Positions 21,628 through 40,580 of a stretch of 64,000 nucleotides of DNA are shown here, one piece after another. Where the stretch lies: NCBI RefSeq assembly GCF_009914755.1, contig NC_060927.1; one strand, 5' to 3'. The translations under genes and the position numbers were made by a program. The stretch's first letter is position 1; each line of letters starts with the position of its first letter. Source of the DNA: the human T2T-CHM13v2.0 reference genome, Homo sapiens. Below the pieces are notes generated by a model that saw only the letters and a program-made list of their open reading frames with translations, had not been told where the DNA came from and ran no database searches.

Positions 21628-22201
21628 TGCTGAAGCTTGAGTAGGTAAACAAAGCAGCCTGAAAGCTCGAACTGGGTGGAGCCGACCACAGCTCAAGGAG
21701 GCCTGCCAGCCTCTGTAGACTCCACCTCTGGGGGCAGGGCATAGCTGAACAAAAGGCAGCAGAAACTTCTGCAGACTTAAACGTCCCTGTCTGACAGCTT
21801 TGAAGAGAGTAGTGGTTCTCCCAGCACGCAGCTGGAGATCTGAGAACGGACAGACTGCCTCCTCAAGTGGGTCCCTGACCACCGAGTAGCCTAACTGGGA
21901 GGCAACTCCCAGTCGGGGCCAACTGACACCTCGTATGGCTGGGTGCCCCTCTGAGACAAAGCTTCCAGAGGAACGATCAGGCTGCAACATTTGCCATTCT
22001 GCAATATTTGCAGTTCTGCAGCCTCCGCTGGTGGTACCCAGGCAAACAGGGTCTGGAGTGGACCTCCAGCAAACTCCAACAGACCTGCAGCTGAGGGTCC
22101 TCACTGTTAGAAGGAAAACTAACAAACAGAAAGACATTCACACCAAAACCCCATCTGTACATCACCATGATCAAAGACCAAAGATAGATAAAATCATAAA
22201 G

Positions 22202-23288
22202 ATGGAGAGAAACCAGAGCAGAAAAGCTGAAAATTCTAAAAATCAGAGCACCTCTTCTCCTCCAAAGAAATGCAGCTCCTCGCCAGCAACAGAACAAAGC
22301 TGCACAGAGAATGACTTTGACGAGTTGAGAGAAGAAGGCTTCAGAAGATGGGTAATAACGAACTTCTCCGAGCTAAAGGAGGATGTTGGAACCCATCGCA
22401 AACAAGCTAAAAACTTTCAAAAAAGATAGGACGAATGTCTAACTAGAATAAATAGCATAGAGAAGAGAAGACCTTAAATGACCTGATAGAGCTGAAAACC
22501 ATGGCACAAGAATTACGTGATGCATGCACAAGCTTCAGTAGCTGATTTGATCAACTGGAAGAAAGGGTATCAGTGATTGAAGATCAAATGAATGAAATGA
22601 AGCAAGAAGAGAAGTTTAGAGAAAAAAGAGTAAAAAGAAAAGAACAAATCCTCCAAAACATATGGGACTATGTGAAAAGACCAAATCTACATCTGATTGC
22701 TGTACCTGAAAGTGACGGAGAGAATGGAAACAAGTTGGAAACACTCTTCAGGATATTATCCAAGAGAACTTCCCCAACCTAGCAAGGCAGGCCAACATTC
22801 AAATACAGGAAATACAGAGAACGCCACAAAGATACTCCTCAAGAAGAGCAACTCCAAGACACATAATTGTTAGATTCACCAAAGTTGAAATGAAGGAAAA
22901 AATGTTAAGGGTAGACAGAGAGAAAGGTCGGGTTACCCACAAAGGGAAGTCCATCAGACTAACAGCAGATCTCTCAGCAGAAACTCTACAAGCCAGAAGA
23001 GAGTGGGGGCCAATATTCAACATTCTTAAAGAAAAGAATTTTCAACCCAGAATTTCATATCCAGACAAACTAAGCTTCATAAGTGAAGGACAAATAAAAT
23101 ACTTTACAGACGAGCAAATGCTGAAAGATTTTGTCACCACCAGGCCTGCCCTAAAAGGGCTCCTGAAGGAAGCACTAAACATGGATTGGAACAACCGGTA
23201 CCAGCCACTGCAAAAAACATGCCCAACTGTAAAGACCATCGAGGCTAGGAAGAAACTGCATCAACTAACGAGCAAACTAACCAGCTAA
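22202..23288 (+). pseudogene. L1 ORF1 remnant (stop at 22427-29, frameshifts)
   Basis: ORF fragments 21935..22429, 22573..22782 and 22890..23288 carry ORF1p motifs (WDYVKRPNL, ARREWGPIF). Confidence 0.9.
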
Positions 23289-23295
23289 CATCATA

Positions 23296-27120
<3,825 letters not shown>

Positions 27121-27359
27121 ACAATGAGAACACATGGACACAGGAAGAGGAACATCACACACCGGGGCCTGTTGTAGGGTGGGGGCATGGGGGAGGGATA
27201 GCATTAGGAGATATACCTAATGTAAATGATGAGTTAATGGGTGCAGCACACCAACGTGGCACATGTATACATATGTAACAAACTGGCACATTGTGCACAT
27301 GTACCCTAGAACTTAAAGTATAATAATAATAAATAAAAAATTTTTAAAAAGTAAACATG

Positions 27360-27515
27360 TGGTCCCAGCTACTGGGGAGGCTAAGGCAGGAGATTATTTG
27401 AGCCCAGGAGATGGAGGCCACAGTGAGCCATGTTCACACCACTGCACTCCATTCTGAGTGACAGAGCAAGACTGTCTCAAAAAAACAAACAAAACAACAA
27501 CAACAACAAAAAAAA
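27360..27515 (+). repeat. Alu right monomer (AluJ/FRAM-like)
   Basis: GGTCCCAGCTAC...GCAAGACTGTCTC plus A/C tail. Confidence 0.8.
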
Positions 27516-28094
27516 CAGACTAGGGGACACAGAAGCTTACATGTTTAAAGTGTCTTTTAGGCAGCAAAAATGTTCTGAAGCTTTGCCACTATCTGGGTTT
27601 GAAGCAAACTTGGAATTATGCATTGTAGTAAACTTTCATTCTGCAAACTAGTATCTTCATTAAAATGAAATCACACAAAACCAAAATGTTGCAAAATTCT
27701 AATTTGCATACCCAGTGAGATCAGAGGAAATGGAAAGAGTGCTCCAGGAAAACACCATGTCTTCCCTTTTATATTCCTCCACAGATTTTCATGTACAATG
27801 TTAGGGCATAAAGTAAACTTTGCTCATTTTAATTGAGTAATATGTATATGTATACACACTGGATTTTAAGCTAACTGTATGGTATGAGACCTTGATAAAT
27901 AAGTAGTCAACAATATAAAACAAACATATTGATTTAAAGATGCAATATACTGAGGTTCCAAAGGGAAAAGATATGTTCATAAAAATACAAGTTATTGTAA
28001 GTTTGTGTAAGTTCTTCTGTAAGAGGGAAAAAAGGCATCTATAATTTGCTATTTATGTCTATTAAGAAAAAGACTGGTTGACATAATGACTTAC

Positions 28095-28229
28095 ACAATG
28101 ATTTTCCTGGATACAACTTTGCCTGAGGGTAACCAGGGATCATTTTTTCATCTTTAGCTCTAAGATTTTCAAGTTCATGTTTGATAATGAATTGACATTC
28201 TGCCATTGTCAGGAAATCATCATTGTTAT
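28095..28229 (-). CDS. ANO10: ANO10 exon 4 (135 nt, c.338-472) [45 protein letters not shown]
   Basis: Manual translation (not in ORF track); acceptor tttAG 28230-31, donor GTAAGT 28089-94; phase 1-1. Confidence 0.95.
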
Positions 28230-29186
28230 CTAAAATAAAACAGAAATTACCAGATTTTAGTAATAATCAAAATAAAAATATTCCAATTACCTGAGATTAC
28301 AGAAATAATGGTATAAACAATAAGCAATTAACATAAGAAGTAATCAAAGTATGAAGCTGGTAAATTAAATAGAACATAAAGCTCCTTAGATATTTTATAA
28401 GAATAAAAAAATTCTGTTATGCCTTCACGTAATACAATTCTACAATAATCATTTTAATACTTATATTAGAAACATTCAAGAAGCATATAATTGATCTCAT
28501 TTAGTACCAATGAGCAGAAAGCAGTATGTTCTTTTATTCTAATAATGCATTAAACTTATTAACGTATTATTATGTTAAACCAGGGATGGAATTGAAGAAG
28601 TTTGCCTATATGGCAAATTATCCTCCTTCAAACTCTCAAGCCCATTCCATTCCCTTCTGCAGTCAAACATCCCTTCTACTAATGAGAGAGAAGAAAGTCT
28701 TTTAAGAAAATGTTGTTGCTATTTGACAGGTGAAACCTCTTAAATAAGGTAAATTTCCTCTTGAACATTTATTCACTCAGGTATAAAAATCTAGAGTAAG
28801 TGAATCCAAAGAAGTCTAATCACATCTTCTAACTCTGAAAGCCCTGGCAGGGATCAGTTTGATTCTGAAGCCAAGCTCCCATCCTGTTATCATATCCACC
28901 CTGGCTTTCCCAGTTCTTTCCTGAAAATATTCTCTACTAGAACCTGCTTTGGGGCCAGTATAGAACCAACGACCCTATCACATTCAGCAGGAGCCAGAAA
29001 ATTCAGGAAATGAGGTTTCTAAGGTACTGAACTACTACTGTATTTCTTATTATTATAAAATTTTTCTAATAAATATTCACATGTGATTATTTGTAGAAAA
29101 TAATCTCTACTTATGAGATGCAACTTTTTATAGTTAATTTCTTTTTACATGATTGTTTTCTTGTAGAGTTAGAAAATATAATACTT

Positions 29187-29549
<363 letters not shown>

Positions 29550-29656
29550 TCAAAAAAAAGGATTTTTCTGTATCAAGCTACTGAATACTCAAATTATAAG
29601 AATTAGAATAGAATAATATAAGTAAGTTACATGTGTTCCTCTAATTTGTGTTCATC

Positions 29657-29880
29657 CAGGGGAGGCAAAGGATGGCAACAGGCCAAATCCAGCCTGCCAC
29701 ATGGTTTTATAAATACAGTTTTATTGAACACAGCCTCGCCCATTCATTTACTTATGGTCTATGGCTGCTTTTTTGCTTCACAATGGCAGTGTTGAGTAAT
29801 TGCAGCAGAGACCACACGGACTGCAAAACCTAAAATATTTACTATTTGACCCTTTACTGAAAAAAGTTTGCTGATCCCTG
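29657..29880 (+). mobile_element. MER58A (hAT-Charlie)
   Basis: CAGGGG...CCCTG termini, ~224 bp, typical internal sequence. Confidence 0.8.
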
Positions 29881-29938
29881 ATCTATTCATCATAAACTTC
29901 TTTTTGATAAATGGATTCTAACAGAGACAAAGAACTTA

Positions 29939-30190
<252 letters not shown>

Positions 30191-30742
30191 TCAAAAATAA
30201 AAACTTTCTAAATAAATATAATGTTTCTAGTCTGGTAGAAGAAAAAGAAATTATATTAGCAATTTAAATCCATCTTCCAAGTAAATAACATAAGTACATT
30301 AGGGATGGCAGTTCTTTATAGTTTTTCAATAAATGGAAAAACTGAAAAATGTACCACTAAGTAGCCTGCCACTTATTCAAATGAGAAGTAGATGAGACGA
30401 GAATTCAATATTTCCGAGCTCTAGGTATAAAAGTGCACCAAATAAAAATATAGAACAAAGATTGCAGTTTAATATAAATAGACGAAAATTTAAGAAAATT
30501 AATTTGGAACAAAATGTTTCAGTAAAAAGAAAAACCAAAAATGTAATACAATTACACTGGACTATAACAGATTTTGTGAATGTTAAATACTAAATAACAA
30601 AAAGCAATATAACTTTTCAGTGATTTTTCCCATAAATTTCTATGTTCTATTTGGTTTAATAATTTTCTGAAATAAGTTACCAAACATAAAGAGATATCAT
30701 GATTTGATAATGTACATATAATTATTACTTAAAAGATTATAA

Positions 30743-31058
<316 letters not shown>

Positions 31059-31401
31059 TCAAACTTTTAAAGGTACATTTATTTCTTTACTATTTACCCT
31101 CTAGAGATGGTTGACAGGAATTACGAAAATATTAATCAGATGATAACAGGATCATGAGCAGAATTTATATTTCTTTTATCAAATGGATTAATATATTAAG
31201 ACACTATCATCTAGGTAATTTATAGTAAAGCTATTAAAGACTTTAGTAAAAGGTATATTCAATTTACAGAAAATACCAATGGCTCTTAAATATAAGATCC
31301 TTAACCTCACTCATATTAAGACAAATGTAAAAACTATACCAATATGCTGTTTCTCACTTCTCACACTGCAAAGATGGAAAGTTTGGTAATAGGTTGGTGA
31401 G

Positions 31402-31827
31402 CGTGGTAGCCGTGAAGGTACCCCACTCCACCAGCTCTCCCTTCAAGACAATCTGCTTTGAAGAACAGGGTTGACCGCCAGGCTCCTGGTGCCACACCTT
31501 AAGATCCTTCCCCCAGCTGCTTCCAGCCATCAGCTGGGCACGGAGGGGACACCTGAAACAAGGCCATTCCTGCACAACGTTAAGTTTCCTTTAAAGGGCA
31601 ACTTTAAGCCTGGCTGTTAGTTTCTCCGAACTGGGCTGTGGTCTGAGGCTCTTCCTACTCAATTCTCCTTCCTTTCCTCTCTCCTTTCCCAAGTGTCAAA
31701 TTGACAAAGTCTGAAGGCTCTCTAGACCCACTCTTGCCCCCTCCTCCTTCTTTCCACAAATATTTCTCTCAATAAACTTCTTGTTCATCAAATCCCATCT
31801 CTTGTTTGGAAGACCCAAATAGGCACA
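31402..31827 (+). mobile_element. Solo LTR16A-like (ERVL) nested in an old L1M fragment
   Basis: 5-bp TSD GTGAG both sides; AATAAA ~31771; flanks join into L1 ORF2 3' sequence. Confidence 0.7.
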
Positions 31828-31885
31828 GTGAGTGTGTGGGGAAAGGCATCCCAGCCATTTTTAGTGGAATAGAAACTGGCATAAC

Positions 31886-32370
<485 letters not shown>

Positions 32371-33640
32371 TAAGGTCTTCCTCCCCTCCATTAACCTTTC
32401 CCTTTCAAATTGTTCAGATGACTCCTTTGTTATTTGTTTTCATGTCATCAAATAACATGCTTATAGAGCTATTTCTTGATTTTTCAGTTTTAAGCATTGA
32501 AGATGAGGATTTTTAGCTCCCTTTCTTTCTTCACCATTTCCATTCATCATTCCCATCACCTATTCTCACAGTATGGTTAAGTCATCCTTTGGTTTCAAGT
32601 CAGTAGGTGATTATGACTACATGTTATTTAGAGCTAAGCCTTACAGTATGCTATGATTTTCCTTTGTCATACTTTCCATTTTCCCAAAAGTTGCTGTCTT
32701 ATCATTTGCATAGTTTATTATGTACCTATCTATAATACAAACCCCCAAGTTCTCTGCCAACTGTCTCTCTCCTTGATCCACTGACATAAAAGATAACCTA
32801 TCAACATCATCTTCTTGGAGAACTCTTTCTTCACTCTGCCCTCACACCTCACTTTTCTTTGTTCTCTTTCTAGAACTCCTTTTATTCAGATGTGTACCTC
32901 ATGAACTAGTCCTTTAATTTTCTTATTATTTGTTCTCATATTTTCCAATTCTTTACCTTTTTGCTCTTCTTTCTTGGAGGCTTGTCTCAATATTATCTTC
33001 TAATAATTTTACTGAGTGCTTTTTTCCTAAAGGATTTTTATAATATCCTATTCTTGATTTATAGATGTTATATCTTTTCGTAACTCTGAGTGCTGCGATG
33101 TTTATTATCTTTTGGTTTTCTTCTTCTGAATAGTCTGTTGCTTTTATCTGTTTAGTTTTAGATTTCTCTTTCATGTTAGGAATTGTTCTCAGATGTTTGG
33201 TGATCTTTTATTACATGTTCACGTTTAAGAAAGGGGCTGTATGAGTCTAAACAGAAGTTCTGAGGGCTTAGATGGAGCTCATCAAGGATGGCCTTTAATG
33301 CAAGGCAGTCTTGTCAAATAATCTTCCGTTAGCAACCCCCTGATTTCTGCACCTTTCGTTATTTTGTCTTAAGCTGGTCAGGTTCTCCAAAGAAAGATTG
33401 TCCAATCTGCTTCCTACAAGGTGTGAATCTTGTTGTTAATATTTTGGAAACTGAATTAGGTATGTGAGTGGTGGAGTAGGGGAAAGGGGAATGGTATTCA
33501 GTATCTTATTTTCAGTACAGAATCTGTGCCTTCAACTGTGCATAGATTTCTATGCCAAAAACCATGCATCTGACCATCTCCAGAGAATAAACCTCAAGTC
33601 TTCTGCTGGGGTTGTAGAATATGGAAGAGATTCAAGGATC

Positions 33641-33830
33641 TATTTATTTTTATTTTAATTGGCATATAATAATAGTATATATTCATGAAGTACATAGTAG
33701 TGCTTCAATACCTATAATGTAGCGTGCTCAGATCAGGGTAGTTAGCATACCCATCATCTCAAACATTTATCATTTCTTTGTGTTGGGAACATTCAATATC
33801 CTCCTTCTAGCTATTTGAAACTCTGTATCA
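33641..33830 (-). mobile_element. Short L1PB/L1MA 3' end
   Basis: T-rich tail then GATCAGGGTAGTTAGCATACCCATCATCTCAAACATTTATC; flanked by GGATCT repeats. Confidence 0.65.
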
Positions 33831-35199
33831 TTTCTTATATGGATCTCAAACACTTATCTTTTCTTCTTGGTCCTACTTTTATCCCCACCTCCATAGATCC
33901 AGTGTCCCTAATTCCTGAGTCATTGTGGGTATTGTGCAGAGTAAACCAAATTGCATCTCAACTTCCTTCCCTGTCAGCTTAACTTTTGGCTTTCTCAAAT
34001 CTGACAAGTCAATAACTATTCAGCCGCCTGTTTCCTAGCTTCCAATTTTTGCTGCTCTTGTATCTTCTTTTTTTTTTTTGGTCCATGTGACTTCGGTCTT
34101 TTATATATTTTTTAACCATTTTATTATTATTGTCAATTTAACAGGAGGTTGGAAGATAATCAAAGTAAACATGAGTATAAATCTACTCCCTTCACCTGGA
34201 AGATGCAGAACACTTTTTTGGAAAGATTTTTTATGATCGCCCAAAAAGTGTGGAAAGATGCCCATCCCTTCCCTGTGTGTCTCTGAAGGCACACAATCAG
34301 CAAAAAGATGGCTGGGAATACACTGGAATCTTTCACACTGAAACACTACATAGTTCCTAAATCACAAAAATTTTAAAGAACAGACTTAAGTTCAGTGAAA
34401 TGCTCACATTTCAGCAAGCAAATACTCCTGCTTTTAAGTTTCCTTCTGGTTCAACTGTTTGAAAAAAATTTTAATTCCACTTTGATTCCAATTTTATTCT
34501 TAAGAAATAACTTCAGTTTATAGTAACAGTTTTTTTTTTAAAGAGTCTAAGTCTAGTTCAGTGTTCAGAGACTGTGCAGACTAAGGTGTTGTTTTGTATA
34601 GTTTACAAAATACTTGCTCATGTAAAACACTAAAACACCCGCTGCTTTCTCACCCAGACTGGGAACCCATGTCACCTGTCAAGAGAAAGCTAAACCTTGG
34701 CATCTTAAGTCATTCCTTGCCACTGAAGAAAGTACTGCCATAGTGTCATCTAACCCTTTCCTTTACTTTTACAGTAAGTATACACGATTCATTTGTTCAT
34801 GCCATGCACTGCTTTGTGACAGCTCTTCCATGTACTTTTCTTTATTTTGAATTTCTTTCTACCCTGATGGTAACAACTTTGCAGGAAGAGACCATATTTA
34901 TCTCTCCCTTAGCACCATAACTGGCACATAAAGAGCATACAATAGATACTTGTCCATTCATTTGACAAATATTTTTTAAGCACCTACTATGCACCAAACA
35001 GTGTGGTAGGCATACTATTTAGAGCTGTGAAGAAAACCACTCATGCTGCTTTCAGTTTAATGGGAACTTAAAGCCTCCTGTTGATTTAGGACCTCCTTTC
35101 AAGTCCCAGATAGATAATAAAAGGCAAAAAATTTAACATTAGTAAATAAAATATATCAACGAAAATTATAAAACACATTTGCAAATACATTTTTAGTGA

Positions 35200-35241
35200 C
35201 TGAGCATACAGTGTGGGAGGCTGAGCATACAGTGTGGGAGG
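35200..35241. repeat. Perfect 21-bp tandem duplication CTGAGCATACAGTGTGGGAGG x2
   Basis: Read directly. Confidence 0.95.
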
Positions 35242-35271
35242 CCAGACTAAGTCTGAGCAGTGACTATTTTA

Positions 35272-35436
<165 letters not shown>

Positions 35437-36494
35437 TTAAAATAAAGAGTGAAAATGGGTTGTTATTATGGCAAAGAGAAATATGCTATAGACTTCATTT
35501 TCTCCCAATTATACCTAATTCTGGCTTCCAAGATAAAAGCAAATTTCTCGTGATTCAGATGGGTTATATGACAGACTCAACCAATGGTTCAAAGTACATG
35601 TGTGAGCCAAGCTTTGGAAAGAACGCCATCCTTTTCTATAAGCAGCTCAGAATGCAGCAGAATAGACATTTGTGTAAATGAAGGATAACGATGTAAAATG
35701 TGCTCTCACACAAGCGGAATAAGAAAGTATTTTCAAAGAATGTGACATCTGAACAGGATTCAGAGGAATGAGTAGCAGTTTGCCAGATACACAATGAGAG
35801 GTATCCTAAGTAGACAAAATTATATTTCCCTAGAAAATAATGATGAAAAAACAGCCAAGAGGCTTAGAGAAATACAAATGTTTAGGTATGGTGGGAACAT
35901 TAACTTTGTGTAGGAGGAAAGAAGGGTGGGAATGAGCTGGTATCCAACTAGGGTCCCAGATTACAAAGGAAATGGGCTTTGTCTAACATACAATGGGAGT
36001 CACCAATTCATTATGAGCAGAGAACTGATGTAGTCGGTAGGGAGCTATTACAGATCACAAAGAGTCAGCCTAGAGTGTGGGAGGCCAGTTAGGGGGCCAT
36101 TAAAGTAGTCTAGAAAAAGCTGATACTGGTCTGAACAATGACAATGAAGAGGAAAGGATAGCTCGGGGTTAAATCTATAGAAGCAGACAACTGGACTGAA
36201 TATAACTACTAAAAAAAAAAAAGACAGAAAAAGAAAAATGTTAGTGGGTAATGGGTAGTCAAGGTGTAATTATATGGAACTCTCTACAGTACCCATCTCA
36301 GCTAGGCAGAACCACTACTATACATTTCCTCCAAAACTACACATCCTCAAAGTGACACATTAACTATGAACACAAGCCAAGACTTCCACTTCCAGGACAG
36401 CAGATTAAAGGGTTCAAACTCTTCTGCTGAAGACAACTAGACAATATACACCCACACTCACATACATATATATGTGCATATATATGTGACATCA

Positions 36495-36748
36495 GAAGTG
36501 GAAAATTCCACACGTAAGTACTTAGCACAAAGTTGATCTCACGCACAAAATTATTTAAAATATTATATAAAATTACTTTTAGGCTATGTGTACAAAGTGC
36601 ATTTGAAACATAAATTTCATGTTTAGCCTTGGGTCCCATTCCCAAGAGATCTCATTATATAAATGCAAATATTCCAAAATGTGAAAAAATCCAAAATGTG
36701 AAACACTATTGGTCCCAGCATTTTGGATAAAGAATATGTGACCTGTAT
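36495..36748 (+). mobile_element. Tigger4/MER46-type fragment
   Basis: GGGTCCCATTCCCAAGAGATCTC...CCAAAAT...GGTCCCAGCATTTTGGATAA...ACCTG terminus. Confidence 0.65.
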
Positions 36749-36782
36749 TTTTAAAAATTTGTGAATGACAAAAAGCCAACTA

Positions 36783-36933
36783 AGCTGGACATGGTGGCTT
36801 ACACCTGTAATCCCAGCTATTTTGGAGACTGAGCCTGGAGGATCACTTGAGCCCAGGAGTTCAAGACCAGCCTGGGCAACATAGCAAGACCCTGTCTAAA
36901 AAAAAAAAACAAAACAAACAAACAAAAAAAAAA
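36783..36933 (+). repeat. FLAM / Alu left monomer
   Basis: Single arm with A-rich tail. Confidence 0.8.
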
Positions 36934-37925
36934 CCAAGGCAATGGGAAATAATGGAGTCCAGAAAGCTAAGCACTTGCAACCAGTTTCTCTGGGGCCTCT
37001 GCTGAGAGGGTGAGACACTAAGCAGGGCTTCTGTTGGCCATGGGAGGCTAGGGGACAAAACATGTAATTAGTAGAGAACCCACCAAGGAAGACAGTCAGA
37101 TAAAATCCCCACTTTGAACTGGGATCTGAAAAGGCTACATTCTAAACATAATAGTGAAGGAGAATTAGATCACCCCGATAGGAACTAAATTCTAGGTTTG
37201 CATCATCTCAATCAGGAGAAAAGTTACTACGTATGAAAATGAAAAATAGTAACAAGCAATAGAAACAAACACATAATAGATCCAAATAATGTAAGTGAAA
37301 GGACTTTAAAATAATGATCATATATTCAAAGAACTAAAAGACAAGATTGATAATTTTGGCAAAGAACTGAAAATTATTTTTAATGGAAATTCTAGAATTT
37401 AAAAATATGAGTCAAAATTAAGAACCCAAGGAAGGCTTTATAGAAAATCAGACAAAGCTAAAGATAAAAACCATTGAATGATAACACAGGCACAAAGAAA
37501 ATATCTACAATTGAGCCCTGAGGACAAAAAATGAAGAAAACACGTAAAAAGAGTAAAAGACAAGGAACTACAAGGAACTAAAAGGGGGAGGTATTAGAGT
37601 ACAAACAATATCTGAAGAGACTGACCAAGAATTTCCCAAAGCTGACAAAATATACCAAGGCACAGATTTAAGAATCTCTATATACCTCCATCAAGATAAA
37701 TAAAAAGAAAAAGCACAGTAAAACATCAGAAAAGCCAAGAGAGAGAAAATTCTTAAAGCAGAAAAATAAAGACAAAGTACCTTGAAGGGCAATAATTAGA
37801 CTGAAAGAGTATCTTCAGTGTCCCAAGAGAATATTATGGCTACTCCAAAATTATGTACCTGGTCAAAATATGCCTCAAGAATAAAAGACAAATAAAGCCA
37901 TTTTCAAACATACAAAAATTGACCC

Positions 37926-38442
<517 letters not shown>

Positions 38443-39101
38443 AAGAGTGTTAAGACAGAAGGAAATGATTGCAAATGATCTGGCATCTGGAACATAGCAA
38501 TCTTATATTTAGTGAACAGACAGCTTTTGTAATATAGGAACTCCCCTACCGCCTTTTAAATTTAATTTCCTCTTTACTAAATTTCTCTTTTGTTGAATTT
38601 CTCACTACATATAAGACACTGTATTGGTACCTAAATACACAATTCTATGTAATCTTCCTAAAGTCCTATAATTTATACTTTAAAAACCAAGAGGAAAATT
38701 GAATGAAGTTACTTTGTTAAGCTCATAGTAAGCAAGAAGTTCGTTTCCCATGATACACAGCTTAAAACTAGAGAAAATAGAGTCATTAGAGATATCCAAA
38801 TTCTGTATGTTTTTTCCTACTAAATGAAATCTTCATTTTGAATTATCTACCATACAACTCTGTTGAAGATGAGCTAAACAGTTCAAGATAAAATGACAAA
38901 GTGAAACCATATTACAGAATCTTCTGACCTAAAGCAAAATTAAATGTATAAAACAAGTAAAACAGTGCCCAAATATTAATAACAAAAAATAGCAGCCAAA
39001 AAGTAAACCTCAAGCCAAAATCATGACCAAGTGAAGACAACACCAACAATGAACTGATAACAAAGGATCCTTCTAACAATTTGGAGAATTCCAACCATTT
39101 A

Positions 39102-40227
39102 CGGTCATACATCACTTAATGACAAAGACAGTTCTGAGAAATGGGCAGTTTCACTGTTGTGGAAACATCATAGAGTGTACTCATACAAACCTAGATGGCA
39201 TAACCTATTACATACCTAGGCTATACAGTATAGGTATGTATAGGTTTGTAGCCTTATTACTCCAAGGCCACAAACCTATACAGCATGTTACTGCACTGAA
39301 TCCTGTAGGCAATTGTAACACAATAATATGTATTTGTATATCTAAACATAGAAAAAGTACAGTGAAAATACAGTATAAAATATTTAAAAATGAATACACC
39401 TGTATAGGGTATTTACCATGAATGGAGCTTGCAGGACTGGAAGTTGCTCTGGGTGAGTCAGTGAGTGAGTGGTTAGTGAATGTGAAGGCCTAAGACATTA
39501 TTGTATACTACTGTAGACTTTATAAAACACTGTACATTTAGGCTATACTAAATATATTTTAAAAAGTTTTCTTCACTTTATAAACTTTTTGATTTTTTTG
39601 ACTTCTGTAATAACACAGTAAGATACAAACACATTGTACAGCTGTACAAAAATATTTTATTTATATATTTATTCTAGAAGCCATTTTCTATTTAAATTTT
39701 TTAAACTTTTTTTTAAAAACTAAGACACAAATACATTAACCTAGATCTACACAGGGTCAGGATCATCAATATCACTGTCTTCCACCTCCACGTCTTGTCT
39801 CACAGAAAGGTCTTCAGAGGCAGTAACACACATGGAGCTGTCATCTCCTATAACAATGCCTTCTTCTGGAATACCTCCTGAAGGACCTGCCTGAGGCTGT
39901 TTTATGGTTAACTTTTTTTTCAATATAAGGAGGAGTACACTCTAAAATAATGATTAAGAGTATAGTATAGTAAATACATAAACCAGTAAAAGTGGGTTCA
40001 TTACCATTGTCAGGTATTATGTACTATACATAATTATATGTGCTACTTTTATGCAACTGGCAGCGCAGTAGGTTTGTTTACACCGGCATCACCACAAACA
40101 CATGAATACTGTGTTACACTACGATGTCAGCAGGTGACACGAATTTCTCAGCTCTGTTATAATTTTATGGAACCAACATATATGCAGTCTGTTGTTGACC
40201 AAAATGTCATTATCCAATACATGACTG
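39102..40227 (-). mobile_element. Tigger3b (MER7/Golem-type) non-autonomous DNA transposon
   Basis: CAGTCATG-type terminal inverted repeats, TA at both flanks, ~1.1 kb. Confidence 0.8.
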
Positions 40228-40580
40228 TACATGCATGTGTCTGCAAATTAATCTTTATCACACTGTCAGGCACAGAAAAACAGCTAGATATTTTAGTAGA
40301 TTGCTGAATTAGACTTCAATGAACTCTAGAAGTATACCAGTTTTATTTTATGAATACTAAATATCAGTAATCCTCAATAATTTATTTAATGGGCAATTAA
40401 TAAGTAGTCCTTTCCAATCTGTAAAAATGAAAGCCTATGAAATTGTATCCTATTGACTGAAATGAACCCCAAAAGAACCTGCATTTTTAGGATAACTTCA
40501 GGAGAGTATCAAGAGAATCTTCAAGACCTTGTCTAAGGTTTCTTGTCTAGTTCTCTACCCAATCCTTTTTCCTTGGTTCC

